The notes: generated from the sequence alone by a model not told the origin. A stretch of DNA of 64,000 bases from Eledone cirrhosa (GCA_964016885.1 OZ024749.1:11594001-11658000), one strand, 5' to 3'; counted from the first letter of the stretch, positions 10,495 through 24,071 are shown. Numbers and translations: made by a program.

Positions 10495-11440
10495 ACAAAA
10501 TCAGCAGTGATGGAGGGTGCTCTGAAAGCACAGTAGCCAGTGTCAGAATGGGATGGAAAAAGTTCAAGAGCTTATACCACTATTGGCACTAAAGGTTTCT
10601 CTCTAAAAATGAAAGGCAGACTGTATGATGCCTGTATACGAACAGCAATGTTACATGGCAGTGAGCCATGGGCATTGTGTGCAGACTGGAGAGGAATGAA
10701 GCATACATGCTCCATTGGATGTGTAATAGTAATATACGTGAACGGAAAAGCATAAATGAGCTAAGTGAGAAATTAGGAATAAAAGGGATCAGATGCTGTT
10801 TACTTGAGAGAAGATTACATTGGTATGGTCACATGATGCGCATGAAAGACGACAGCTGTATAAAAAAATGCAGGGCAATCAAAATTGATGGAAGTTACGG
10901 AGAAGGCAGACCCAGAAAAACCTGGGACGATTTGATAAATTCCGACCTTACACACTTGCACCTCTCCAAGACAATGTCACTGGACCGAGATCTTTGGTAC
11001 TACGCAGTAATACAGAAGACCCGCCTTGCCAATGTACAAAGGGAAACCTACAGTCAGTAGGCACCTCTTAACCAAATATACACCCCCATCCCACTACCCT
11101 TACTCCACCCCCACAAACATCACCACCATCAACATCACCCCTTTCTCGGTAAAGTTATGTTGGTACCACAACATCCAGTCCTAAATAAATGAGGACGTGT
11201 AGGTGTCATGACAAAAAAAAAAATACACAGTCCACGCTGTAATGTGGCCGTGTAGGTAACACGGTAAAAACCTCCCAGTCCACACTGTAAATGTGGTTGG
11301 TGTTAGGAAGGGCATCCAGCCGTAGAAATCCTGCCAGACAGTCCTATACGAGCGAGATGACCAATCTTGCCTCAAGTGGGACAATTCCCGTCTAAACCCA
11401 TGCTAGCGTGGAAGATAGACGTTAAACGATGATGATGATG
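10495..11440 (+). mobile_element. 5'-truncated RTE LINE (RT C-terminus, 3' UTR, (GAT)n tail)
   Basis: RLERNEA..LHWMC, RRLHWYGH, GRPRKTW. Same family as 55815-58580. Confidence 0.9.
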
Positions 11441-12149
11441 TTACTTTCATGACCTGGTCCAACAACTTAATGCCTCTATAGTTTCTTCTATCTAATGCAT
11501 CTCCTTTACCCTTGTAGCAGTTGACAATGCTATTGCACCAATCATTTGGTGTGAATAACCGACCCAGATGCTTTCAGCATCTCGGCAACTATTCCTGATG
11601 GACCAGCTGCTTTCCCAGTCTTCATATCCTTAATTGCCTTACTACACTGCTGCTGATTTGTACTGCTGGGCCCTCTGTAGGGTCCACTTGGGGTAGGCTC
11701 TCTTTCTCCTGTGTAGTCTCCACATTCAGTAATCTATCATAATAGCTCTTTCACACAGTTTTTTTTTCAACGCCTGTGAGGGCATATGCGCCTTTATCAG
11801 ACGCAGCTTTCTTTTCAACGCCTGTGAGGCAAGTGCGCCTTTATCATCACAGACACACTTCTCACTAAATGACATCACAATTTTCTCTAATGCACTGCCT
11901 TACAATGCAAAACATGCTTGAACTTTTTATCTTCTGCTTCCCTCCTTCCAAAGTATACTTGTCATCTAGCTTCCCTCCTAGCCTCTATGTAGGTACCCTG
12001 CTTCTCCCATTCTTCCATTTTTTCCATGCCTGTCTCTCGGCCTTAATTGTCTCATCAACCTTATTGTTCCACCACCAAGTCACACTCCTCCTTGTAGCCC
12101 AGCTCCATCCACAGATCTCATCTATCATCTTCAATAGATTATCTTTCAG

Positions 12150-12482
12150 GAGGCACATGGCTTAGTGGTTAGAGCATTGGCCTTGCAATCGAAAGGTTGT
12201 GAGTTCAATTCTCAGACCGGGTGATGTGTTCTTTCCTTGAGCAAGACACTTTATTTCACATTGCTCCAGTTTACTCAGCTGTAGAGATGAGATGATAGGG
12301 ACTGGGGTCCATATCATTCCACTGCAAAGTGGTCGTGGAGGTGCCACGGCAAAAAGCACCCAGCACTCACTGTAAATGAGGTTGGTGTTAGGAAGGGCAT
12401 CCAGCTGTAGAAATCAAGCCAGAATCAGTTCCCGTCTCACCCTTGCAAGCAGGGAAAAAGCAGACGTAAAATGAAATGATGA
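12150..12482 (+). mobile_element. Second SINE family: tRNA head, CORE-like middle, RTE-derived 3' tail. Related pieces at ~13380-13610, 14880-15415, 22520-22790, 30640-30990, 42455-42670, 45380-45790, 55225-55446
   Basis: TGGCTTAGTGG A box, GTTCAATTCTC B box, CCTTGAGCAAGACACTT, GTTGGTGTTAGGAAGGGCATCCAGCTGTAGAAA shared with the RTE 3' UTR. Confidence 0.75.
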
Positions 12483-13150
12483 TGAACTCCCAATGCTCTT
12501 CTATATTGAATGTCTCTATCTGACTGGCTGAGAGATCTTTTAGCTTCCATATCGTTCTCCTCCAGGTTGCCCTCAGTCTCCAGGTTTGTCTAGCTCTAAC
12601 TGTGAAGTCACTAACTAGTTGGTTATGTTGGGAGGTGCATTCCTCATCAGAAAAGGATTTCGTGTTTACCACTGACACTCTATCCCTTCCTCTGGTAAGG
12701 ATAAAGTCTATCTGACTAGCATATTCACCAGATCTATAGGTGATCAGGTGGTGTCGAGTTTTGGTTGAATTAAATCCTTTTGATGTTCCTTAATCACTTT
12801 ACAGACTTTGGTGCACCCCTGCCCCATATATAAAGTCTGTAAAAATAATTCTTGGTACCTCTAAGCATGTGCTTATTTTGATTAATGCTTAATCCAGCTG
12901 AGGCAATGACTTCCTCACTTTTTTCCACTCTTACATGAGATTGTTTCATTACTTTCCCCAATTGGTTCAGTGAGGTTACTTCATTGAAAAGGTTTAATAA
13001 CACTGAAACACGCCTAGAGTTGTTTTGTGTTCTTGTAAAAATTATTAAGAGAATATTAATATCATTGTGTTCATGTTACCCTTTGTTTCTTGCCTCATAT
13101 TTCGTATCAGCTACTACGATGTTATATTGATAATAATTTTTGTTTTTCAG

Positions 13151-13246
13151 GCGAGAAAAGATTCTGTAATAGTGATTTCAGATTCTAGTGATTGTGAGAT
13201 AATTTCTATGTCACCAGGAACTCCAAACCAGAGATGTTTCCACATT
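13151..13246 (+). CDS. ZNF451: ZNF451-like exon 2 (ARKDSVIVISDSSDCEIISMSPGTPNQRCFHI)
   Basis: TTTTTCAG acceptor, GTAAGT donor, 96 nt phase 0/0. SIM-like VIVISDSSD. Confidence 0.8.
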
Positions 13247-13913
13247 GTAAGTTGTGCTTGCATTAATTCCTTACTATCATACATTTATAGGCTTGTGCTG
13301 TTTATGTCTTACCTAAGTGAATTAACTTCTCAATACTTTAAATACCGAACTGACTGAAACTCCTTCTCATCCTACAATACAAAACTGTTTGTTTTAAAAA
13401 GCACCCAGTCCACCCTGGTCATGTTGGCGACATGACAAAAAGCACTCAGTTCACTCTGTAATGTGGTTGGTGTTATGAATGGCATCCAGTTGTAGAAACA
13501 AAGCCAAAATACAAATCTATGGGAATGTTGGTTTCCAGACCTGACTTGTCTCATAACGGGACAACTTGTCTAACCCATGTAAGCATGGAAAAATGGACAT
13601 TAAACAATGGAGATGTTTATATATCTTTAAAAACCTTTCATCATATTTTTAATGAAATACACTGCCTATGTTATTTAAATTATTTTGAAAATAAATCAGA
13701 ATTTGGAATGATAAAGTAATATAAAGTAATTTTCTCATTAAGTTAGTGTTTGGAACATAACTTAAATATAAAATTATGATGGAAGAGTTTTACATATATA
13801 GAAACACTTTCAGATAAACAGTTTTGTATCGTAGAACGAATAATGGTTTCAAGGGGTTTGGTATCAAAAGGGTTAAAGGTATTTCACTTTGGGAAAAACT
13901 GTCACAATATTCT

Positions 13914-14126
13914 TTAACCCATTAGCATTTACATTACTCTATATTTACTATTGTATTTTCACGATAGTCTTTACCTCACATAATTATCTCACATAATATC
14001 AAATCTGTGAGATTTTCATATTTATTTTTAGAAGAATACCTTAACATAAGTGTGAGCAGCTGGTTTGAACGGAAAGAAGTGAGAGAATTATGGCTGGATA
14101 TGGCCGGTTTAAATGCTAAAGGGTTA
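13914..14126. mobile_element. piggyBac-like MITE (TTAA-CCC...GGG-TTAA). Copies at ~31452-31752, 44420-45042, 48208-48437, 50443-50787, 52774-53002
   Basis: TIRs TTAACCC(A/T)TTAGCATTTA / TAAATGCTAAAGGGTTAA and a conserved internal body. Confidence 0.75.
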
Positions 14127-14707
14127 AACATGTTACCCTTGCAAACTCAGTAGAGCTGGTCACTCATTAATGAATCCGTTCTGAATACCTCCTATCATGA
14201 ATCCGTTCTTGGTTCTCTGATACAAAACTGCTTATTTCATTCATTTCCACCACTTCTCTCACCCAGTCTCTTTCAACCTTCTTTGATACATCACCCAACC
14301 ATCTCATCCCATTTCCCTTCACACCATCTCTATTCCTCTCATCCAGTAAATTTCATCTGTCCTCAACACATCACACCATCCATCACTGGTTCTATTCCCA
14401 TCATTCTCTACAATTCATTGCTTGTATCTCAGTGACACTCCACTCATCCACCAAACCATTCTCATTTCCACTCTTTACAATCTTCTTGTTGCTCCATGTT
14501 CATCACCCATGTCTCACTGCCATAAACCATAGTGCTTCTTACACATGTAGCATATATGTTCATATGAAAAACAATTATTTTTGTGAATGGCTTTTTTTGG
14601 TTTTAAATGGTTTTTATTCAACTGTGTTTGATTAACAGTGTGTGCTTTCAACTGAATTTATGTTGTTCAGCATTAGATTCAGCGAGATTCTCAGATTCTC
14701 AATGAAT

Positions 14708-14838
14708 TTATCCTTCACAAAGTGCCACAGGAACCTCCGGATCATCTTTTAAAAATTTACACTTACACGTGAGGCCATTTTCGATACGAGTTTGTCCAGC
14801 TTGTAAAACTACATTTTCAGGTGTAAAGCAGTTTTCTC
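14708..14838 (-). CDS. Nested VWC-domain gene, exon 2 (GENCFTPENVVLQAGQ...ALCEG*)
   Basis: TTTCAG acceptor; phase 1 matches exon 1; stop at 14708-14710; completes the CPNG-ENC..C.C motif. Confidence 0.85.
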
Positions 14839-15419
14839 CTGAAATAAATACAAAGAAAACAAGTATGAGTTTAACCCTTTTCATAGCTGGTGCCACAACA
14901 ATAAAGCACCCAGTCTACACTGCAAGGTGGTATTGCTGGTGACACAAAAATGTATCCAGTTCACATTGTAAGGTGTAGTCACAACAAAAAAAGCTCCCAG
15001 TACATTCTATATTGGGGACATGCTGGTGATATGACAAAAATGATCCAATCCACCCTGTAATGGTGGCAGTGCTGGTACCACAATGAAAAAAGCATCCAGT
15101 TCACCCTGTAGAGTGGTAGTGCTGGTAACACATCAAAAAAGCACCCAGTCCACCCTGTAAGGTGGTGGTGTTAGTGGACACAAAAAAAAAGCACCCAGTC
15201 CACCCTGTAAGGTTGTTGGCATTAAGAAGGGTATCAAGCCATAGAAGACCAAGTCAAAAACAGATTACATGAGCAAGACATGGCCTACTGAACATAACAA
15301 CCTGTCTAACCCATGTAAGACATCGTCCATTGACCTGTCCCAAAACATGACAACCTGTCTCACCCATGCAACATACGGTCTACTGACTTGTCTAACCCAT
15401 GCAAGCACATTAGACATTA

Positions 15420-18400
15420 AATGGTAATGATGACAGAAGGGTTAATGACATAGACAGTGTCTTTCATTAGAAATATGGTAATGAAAGGGTTAAGGACATA
15501 GACAGTGTCTTTCATTAGAGATATGGTAATGAAAGGGTTAATGACATAGGCAGTGTCTTTCATTAGAAATATGGTAATGAAAGGGTTAAAGACATAGACA
15601 GTGTCTTTCATTAGAGATATGGTAATGAAAGGGTTAAAGACATAGACAGTGTCTTTCATTAGAGATATGGTAATGAAAGGGTTAAAGACATAGACAGTGT
15701 CTTTCATTAGAGATATGGTAATGAAAGGGTTAATGACATAGACAGTGTCTTTCATTAGAAATATGGTAATGAAAGGGTTAAAGACATAGACAGTGTCTTT
15801 CATTAGAGATATGGTAATGAAAGGGTTAAAGACATAGACAGTGTCTTTCGTTAGAAATATGGTAATGAAAGGGTTAAAGACATAGACAGTGTCTTTCATT
15901 AGAGATATGGTAATGAAAGGGTTAAAGACATAGACAGTGTCTTTCGTTAGAAATATGGTAATGAAAGGGTTAAAGACATAGACAGTGTCTTTCGTTAGAA
16001 ATATGGTAATGAAAGGGTTAAAGACATAGACAGTACCTTTCGTTAGAAATATGGTAATGAAAGGGTTAATGACATAGACAGTGTCTTTCGTTAGAAATAT
16101 GGTAATGAAAGGGTTAAAGACATAGACAGTGTCTTTCATTAGAGATATGGTAATGAAAGGGTTAAAGACATAGACAGTGTCTTTCATTAGAGATATGGTA
16201 ATGAAAGGGTTAATGACATAGACAGTGTCTTTCATTAGAAATATGGTAATGAAAGGGTTAAAGACATAGACAGTGTCTTTCATTAGAGATATGGTAATGA
16301 AAGGGTTAAAGACATAGACAGTGTCTTTCGTTAGAAATATGGTAATGAAAGGGTTAAAGACATAGACAGTGTCTTTCATTAGAGATATGGTAATGAAAGG
16401 GTTAATGACATAGACAGTGTCTTTCATTAGAAATATGGTAAGGAAAGGGTTAAAGACATAGGCAGTGTCTTTCATTAGGAATATGGTAATGAAAGGGTTA
16501 ATGACATAGACAGTGTCTTTCATTAGAAATATGGTAATGAAAGGGTTAATGACATAGACAGTGTCTTTCATTAGAAATATGGTAATGAAAGGGTTAAAGA
16601 CATAGACAGTGTCTTTCATTAGAAATATGGTAATGAAAGGGTTAAAGACATAGACAGTGTCTTTCATTAGAAATATAGTAAGGAAAGGGTTAAAGACATA
16701 GACAGTGTCTTTCATTAGAAATATAGTAATGAAAGGGTTAATGACATAGACAGTGTCTTTCCTTAGAAATATGCTAATGAAAGGGTTAATGACATTGACA
16801 GTGTCTTCTATTAGAAATATGGTAATGAAAGGGTTAAAGACATAGGCAGTGTCTTTCATTAGAAATATGGTAAGGAAAGGGTTAAAGACATAGACAGTGT
16901 CTTTCATTAGAAATATGGTAATGAAAGGGTTAAAGACATAGACAGTGTCTTTCGTTAGAAATATGGTAATGAAAGGGTTAAAGACATAGACAGTGTCTTT
17001 CATTAGAGATATGGTAATGAAAGGGTTAAAGACATAGACAGTGTCTTTCGTTAGAAATATGGTAATGAAAGGGTTAAAGACATAGACAGTGTCTTTCGTT
17101 AGAAATATGGTAATGAAAGGGTTAAAGACATAGACAGTACCTTTCGTTAGAAATATGGTAATGAAAGGGTTAATGACATAGACAGTGTCTTTCGTTAGAA
17201 ATATGGTAATGAAAGGGTTAAAGACATAGACAGTGTCTTTCATTAGAGATATGGTAATGAAAGGGTTAAAGACATAGACAGTGTCTTTCATTAGAGATAT
17301 GGTAATGAAAGGGTTAATGACATAGACAGTGTCTTTCATTAGAAATATGGTAATGAAAGGGTTAAAGACATAGACACTGTCTTTCATTAGAGATATGGTA
17401 ATGAAAGGGTTAAAGACATAGACAGTGTCTTTCGTTAGAAATATGGTAATGAAAGGGTTAAAGACATAGACAGTGTCTTTCATTAGAGATATGGTAATGA
17501 AAGGGTTAATGACATAGACAGTGTCTTTCATTAGAAATATGGTAAGGAAAGGGTTAAAGACATAGGCAGTGTCTTTCATTAGGAATATGGTAATGAAAGG
17601 GTTAATGACATAGACAGTGTCTTTCATTAGAAATATGGTAATGAAAGGGTTAAAGACATAGACAGTGTCTTTCATTAGAAATATAGTAAGGAAAGGGTTA
17701 AAGACATAGACAGTGTCTTTCATTAGAAATATAGTAAGGAAAGGGTTAATGACATAGACAGTGTCTTTCCTTAGAAATATGCTAATGAAAGGGTTAATGA
17801 CATGGACAGTGTCTTCTATTAGAAATATGGTAATGAAAGGGTTAAAGACATAGGCAGTGTCTTTCATTAGAAATATGGTAAGGAAAGGGTTAAAGACATA
17901 GACAGTGTCTTTCATTAGAAATATGACAAGGAAAGGGTTAATGACATAGACAGTGTCTTTCCTTAGAAATATGGTAAAGAAAGAGTTAGTGACATAGACA
18001 GTGTCTTTCCTTAGAAATATTGTATTGAAAGTGTTAATGACATAGACAGTGTCTTTCATTAGAAATATGGTGATGACATAGAGAATGTCTTTCATTATAA
18101 ATATGGTAATGACAGGGTTAATGACATAGACAGTGTTTTTCATTAGAAATATGGTAATGAAAGTGTTAATGACATAGTGTCTTTCATTAGAAATATGGTG
18201 ATGACAGGGTTAATGACATAGATAGTGTCTTTCATTAGAAATATGGTAATGAAAGGGTTAATGACATAGACAGTGTCTTTCATTAAAAATATGGTAAAGA
18301 AAGTGTTAATGACATAGACAGTGTCTTTCATAAAAAATATAGTAAAGAAAGGGTAAATGACATAGTGTCTTTCAATAGAAATATCTTATTGAAGGGGTTA

Positions 18401-20250
18401 ATGATATGGACAGTGTCTTTAATTAGAAATATCCTAATGAAGGGGTTAATGACATAGTCAGTGTCATTCATTATAAATTGGGTAATGGAAGGGTTGATGA
18501 CATAGACAGTATATTTCATTAGAAATATGGTAATGAAGAGGTTAATGACATAGACAGCATCTTTCATTAGAAATATGGTAATGAATGGGTTAATGACATA
18601 GACAGTGTCTTTCATTAGAAATATGGTAATGAAAGGGTTAATGACATAGACAGTGTCTTTCATTAAAAATATGGTAAAGAAAGTGTTAATGACATAGACA
18701 GTGTCTTTCATAAAAAATATGGTAAAGAAAGGGTTAATGACATAGTGTCTTTCAATAGAAATATCTTATTGAAGGGGTTAATGATATGGACAGTGTCTTT
18801 AATTAGAAATATCCTAATGAAGGGGTTAATGACATAGTCAGTGTCATTCATTATAAATAGGGTAATGGAAGGGTTGATGACATAGACAGTATATTTCATT
18901 AGAAATATGGTAATGAAGAGGTTAATGACATAGACAGCATCTTTCATTAGAAATATGGTAATGAATGGGTTAATGACATAGACAGTGTCTTTCATTAGAA
19001 ATATGGTAATGAAAGGGTTAAAGACATAGACAGTGTCTTTCATTAGAAATATGGTAATGAAAGGGTTAATGACATGGACAGTGTCATTAATTAGAAATAT
19101 CCTAACGAAGGGGTTAATGACATAGTCAGTGTCATTCATTATAAATAGGGTAATGGAAGGGTTGATGATATAGACAGTATATATCATTAGAAATATGGTA
19201 ATGAAAGGGTTAATGACATAGACAGTGTCTTTCCTTAGAAATATGGTAATGAAAGATTTAATGACATGGACAGTGTCTTTCATTAGAAATATGGTAATGA
19301 AAGGGTTAATGGTATACACTGTCTTTCATTAGAAATATGGTAATGATGGTTTAATGACATAGTGTCTTTAATTAGAAATATGGCAATGAAAGGGTTAATG
19401 ATATAGGCAGTGTCTTTCATTAGAAATATGGTAATGAAAGGGTTAATGACATAGACAGTGTCATTCATTAGAAATATGGTAATGAAAGGGTTAATATCAT
19501 AGACAGTGTCTTTCATTAGAAATATGGTAATGAAAGGGTTAATGGTATACACAGTGTCTCTCATTATAAATATGGTAATGAAAGGGTTAATGGTATACAC
19601 AGTGTCTTTCATTATAAATATGGTAATGAAAGGGTTAATGACATAGACAGTGTCCTCTATCTTTATCTATATACATAAATGGCAATTTCTGTCTCTGTTT
19701 GTGAACCTAAAACTCAAAAACTACCAAACAGATCTTGATCAAACTTGACACATGTCTGGGGCTCATGCCGATTTAATTTCTTACATATATTTCATTTTAA
19801 TCAAAGGGCTCCCCGGGCGCCAAACCCCCCGTTGAAAACGTTTTCCCTTCGATTCATATGAATTTAAACCATAAGTAAATGACAAGATATGCTATTCACA
19901 AAATTTTAATAAATTTTAGAAATAGGGTAATGGAAGGGGTGATGACATAGACTGTCTTTCATTAGAAATATGAAAATGAGAGGGTTAATGACATATACAG
20001 TGTCTTTCATCAGAAATATGTTAATGAAAGGATTAATGACATAGACAGTGTCTTTCATTAGAAATAGGGTAATGAACGGGTTAAAGAGATAGTGTTTTTC
20101 ATTAGGAATATGGTAGTGAAAGGGTTAATGCCATAGATAATGTCTTTCATTAGAAACACAGTAATGGAAGGGTTAATGACATAGACAGTATCTTTTGTTA
20201 GAAATATGTTAATGAAAGGATTCATGCCATTAGAAATATGGTTATGAAAA
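15420..20250. repeat. 48-bp minisatellite (ATGGTAATGAAAGGGTTAAAGACATAGACAGTGTCTTTCATTAGAAAT), interrupted at ~19660-19910
   Basis: About 90 tandem units that diverge toward the right end. Fills the VWC gene intron. Confidence 0.97.
19668..19910 (+). mobile_element. Probable non-autonomous Helitron 5' fragment inside the minisatellite
   Basis: Begins TCTATATACATAAATGGC-TGTCTCTGTTTGT, like the 5' ends at 3481 and 51829. Confidence 0.4.
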
Positions 20251-20265
20251 GGTTTAATTACTTAC

Positions 20266-20608
20266 CATTTGGACAAATTGGACAGCATTTATCATCAACG
20301 TTTTTGAAATCAACACAGTTAAGCTTGGGGCAATCAGTTTCAGTACATATGTGTTCGTTGTTGCCAATACAAGTACATTGTTGACACATACTTTTATTAT
20401 ATGTTTTCCCAACTGCTATAATCTCATCATCTATTTCACATCCTTGGAAAGGGCCTCTTGTTAGTTCATCATATGCAGCTGTTGTTATCATATTAAGTTC
20501 CTCCTCTATCTCTGCAATGTCCAGCGCAGGATTTGTAGGCAGCCCTTTTGTAAAGTACACTCCCCAAGTACAGGAGAGAAAAAGAAAAACTAGCACTGAA
20601 TGCTTCAT
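20266..20608 (-). CDS. Nested secreted VWC-domain protein (brorin/VWC2-like, 157 aa), exon 1
   Basis: Signal peptide MKHSVLVFLFLSCTWGVYFTKG; C..CTC..C...CP.LNC......CCPICPNG; G|GTAAG donor. Confidence 0.88.
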
Positions 20609-20702
20609 ATTAGTTTTGTAATATATGTATATATTCAATAGTAGAATTTTAGCTGTGTTCTTCACTTACAATGTAGAATGACAGCCTTTATAATGTTAGC
20701 TC

Positions 20703-20710
20703 TTTATATA
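20703..20710 (-). promoter_or_regulatory. Candidate TATA box of the nested VWC gene
   Basis: TATATAAA about 95 bp upstream of the ATG on the - strand. Confidence 0.45.
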
Positions 20711-20781
20711 GATTTATCTGTTGACAAATCAATATTATTTTTACTTACATAGTACAAATCAAAAATGGATGTGGTTGGTTG

Positions 20782-20869
<88 letters not shown>

Positions 20870-21469
20870 TTATTATTATTACTTTTTTTTTGTTTTAAAT
20901 TGAAGCAGGTGTCTCCATTAATTGTTGGTTTGATGGGTGGATAATTTCAAATTGACATTTGTGAAAGGATGTTTCTTTGTTTGCTGGTATTTGATACTTC
21001 CCAATGTAATTAGTTTCTTACTGATATAAAAACGATTTATTTGTATCAAATAGCAGCTTTCTTCTTTACTTTCTTTTTCCGAGAAACCCAAAACAGAACC
21101 GTATGAGCAACACATAGTCACCTGACTTGTTTCATAACATAACAACCTGTCTAACTCATGCAAGTGTGGAAACTAGATAATAATGTTACAACTTATACCT
21201 ATGTAGGTAGAGTTGGTCACCTACCAGGTTGCATCTTATATCAAGTTCCTCGGGTATTTTCACTCTTTGCATATTTCTAATGCAATACTTTGCTTTTTAT
21301 TTTCAAATACTTTTGAAAATTGATTAAGAATTTGGAAATTTAGTAAAATAACTTCTTGGTTATTAAATTGGAGTTTGGAACATAGCTTATTAAGGGTTCT
21401 ACCATAAAATCATGACAAATAAAACCGTTTTGATTCATAAATTATTATATATAATAGAGAGAGTTAGTT

Positions 21470-22500
21470 CCACAACAAATTAACAAACCAGGACGTGCAT
21501 TTCACAGAACTAATATGAGCTGACTGGATTCTGCACGGCAGATGTCAGTAGTTTGGTAACAAGGGAGACCAACTCAAATTAGACTGTTGAAGGGGAGACA
21601 ATTTTCGTTTGAGTTAGTTCATTCCAAGTTAGACTTATGGTCGTCCCGGGTCTTTCCAGTTATGTTACAGATACCTCACAGTGTGGGGACAGTCATTTAA
21701 AATATCAGCTCTTGTGTTAAGGCAAGTACTATTACGTAACCTTTGTAAGATATTCAATCTTTCATCAATACACAGCTTACAGGACACTGCTTCATTTTCG
21801 TATGGCCTGGATTTGGCTAGAACTTACCATTGAATGCAGCAGTTCACATCTGCATCCTTGAGTGACCATATGTGGCTTGTCAGCTTCGTGGACGATCGCT
21901 TATTAGAGTGTGTAAAGGTTGTCTGATTGTTACGGAAGCATTCTTTAAACTGGTCCTCCTGCACACCTACATATGTTTTGACCTCTTGCTGTTGATTCAG
22001 TCGAGTGGATGTAATTTCAGCCTCATAGACGACTGCGGGTGTGTTACACTGTTGTTGAAGAGGGCATGATTCCGGCTTTCTGCAAGAGCATCTGGGTGGG
22101 GAAGAGCTCTTGGGGTTGGTGCTGATGTGGGCTTTCATATTTTTAGCACAGAAATATCCGAGATTCACCCTGTGTCTATTGAAGATAGGTTTGTATTTAT
22201 GTCCTGTGAGGATCTGTTTGTCTAGGAGTGCCAAGAATTTCCTACCTACATTGGTTCTAACACTGAGCAAGAAGGGTTTGCAGAACCAAATAATTTTTTT
22301 ATTTCTACTGGTAGTGTGATTAAGAAGGGAGTAAGAGTTTATCGGTGAAGCCACTGTTGGCTAATGCAGTATTGTAGTAAGGTGCCCCTCTGTCAAATAT
22401 GGCATTTTTAAAAGAAAGATTAGAAATCTTAGTACTGATATTTTTAACAAAGTTTTTTAAAGACCGTAGGTGGGTGATATGATATAACCTCCTGGCTTTT
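21470..22500 (-). mobile_element. Penelope-like retroelement 3' fragment (GIY-YIG endonuclease) with a degenerate hammerhead downstream
   Basis: CSCRKPESCPL..C, VVYEAEI..KTYVG, STKLTSHIWSLK, then C.LCIDERLNIL. CTGCCGT-GCAGAA..TTCTGT-GAAA-T-GCAC-GTC at ~21488-21545. Confidence 0.85.
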
Positions 22501-23033
22501 TACCACTATATAATATATATATCATCATCATCACCTGTTCATCATGTCCGTTCTTCCACGCTAGCATGGGTTAGACGGGTTGTCCTGTTGTGGGCAGTGT
22601 CCAGTCGGCTGACCTTGTCTTGTTCATATGGGAACTGATTCTGGCTTGATTTCTACAGCTGGATGCCCTTCCTAACACCAACCTCATTTACAGTGAGTGG
22701 TGGGTGCTTTTTTTCCATGGCGCCTACACGTCCACTTTACAGTGTGAGCTGGGTGCTTTTTTGCTGTGACACCTCCACGACCACTTTGCAGTGGGAGGGT
22801 GTGGGGGCATATTGTCTATATGCTTCAGCTTCTGCTTGTACCCGTGTATATATATATATATATATATATATTAACGAAGGAATTGTGGTAAGGAACCAGA
22901 TGGACCATAACGCATCTCAGCAACTATCACCGACATGATATGGTAGTGCTGATGTCACAATAAAATGCTCCCAGTTCCTCTCATAATAAAAGGTTTATTG
23001 AAAAGTCTTATAGATTAATCTCTTTTATCCAAG

Positions 23034-23127
23034 GTTTCTACTACAACAATGAAGAGGACTTTTACATTAGCCAGAAGTGAAACTCTTAAAAACAATCCAG
23101 TTCCAACACGACCCCAACTAAGAAATG
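23034..23127 (+). CDS. ZNF451: ZNF451-like exon 3 (VSTTTMKRTFTLARSETLKNNPVPTRPQLRN)
   Basis: TTTTATCCAAG acceptor, GTATGT donor, 94 nt phase 0/1, linking exons 2 and 4. Confidence 0.72.
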
Positions 23128-24071
23128 GTATGTAGCTTTATATATTTTTCACATTTTTTTGTTTATATTTCTTTTGTTTTAGGATCATCATTGTTTTTGC
23201 ATCTGCTTTTTCCATGCTTGTACGGGGTTGGATTTGATATTTTAAAAGCAGTTTTTCAATGGCTATTTGCCAACTAATACTTGATTTTTATAAGTATGGT
23301 ACCCTGTAGAGTGTATTGTCTGTGAGGGATATAAACAAACGTCACCAGTTGCTTTTTCAACAGTGATGATTGTTGTGAAGAGAAAAGGAATGAGATGGCT
23401 GGGTCATGTGATGAGCAAGGATGAAAGTGACTGAGTGAGATGATGGAAATGTGTAAGAAAGTAGAGGAAATGGAAGGCCAAGATGAACATGGCTAAATAT
23501 GATGTGGAAGGAACTGAAAGCCAGGGCGTTGGTAAGAGAGGATGTAGAGGTCAGAGCAAAATGGAAAAAACTTGTTATGGAGCCCTGCAAAGCTAACACC
23601 TTATTCAGCAGGAGAAATGGCCTTATCACACATGTTGTAATTTACCAATTATATTTTATGTTTTGAGTGCGTACAAACAAGCATTTTAAGATCATATTCT
23701 CTGCTAAAATAGGAGTTAGCCATGCAACCCCTTATGGGGTTCTTTTGAGGTGTTTTACAGCCAGATGCCCTTCCTGGCAATGTTTAAGAGGTTGTTAAAT
23801 AGGTCCTCAACCTAACTGAAGAACCCTCTCTATCTTGGACTGTCCACAACTTTACAGGTAGTATTGCTTGAGTTCTCTTGTGATACCAGCAGCAAGGAGG
23901 TTTTCTCATCCTTCTGCAGACCTCTCCACTTCATATGGTCCCCCATTTCTCACCATATTTAGTTTTAACTTCATGGTGCTAGTACTGGTGGGTGCGTTTT
24001 TCTATTACAGTAAGTCACCAGTCAGCTGCCTGACTGTTGATTTTATTCTTAATTAAAATTGTATTTTGCAG

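Larger units (their letters stand above)
10125..12765 (-). mobile_element. Old RTE-clade LINE remnant, interrupted by a younger RTE 3' piece and a SINE
   Basis: RT fragments (QGFVLSSLLF, LDEMQF) at 10125-10495 resume at 11443-12150; endonuclease-end fragment at 12485-12765. Confidence 0.75.

Noticed and set aside
12150-12225. tRNA gene
   Set aside because: tRNA-like head of a SINE, continuing into CORE-like and RTE-tail sequence; the same applies to other A/B-box hits.
15417-19612. 908-aa and shorter hydrophobic repeat ORFs
   Set aside because: Translation of the 48-bp satellite, with frameshifting units. Retention in the VWC gene would stop immediately at GGTAAGTAA.
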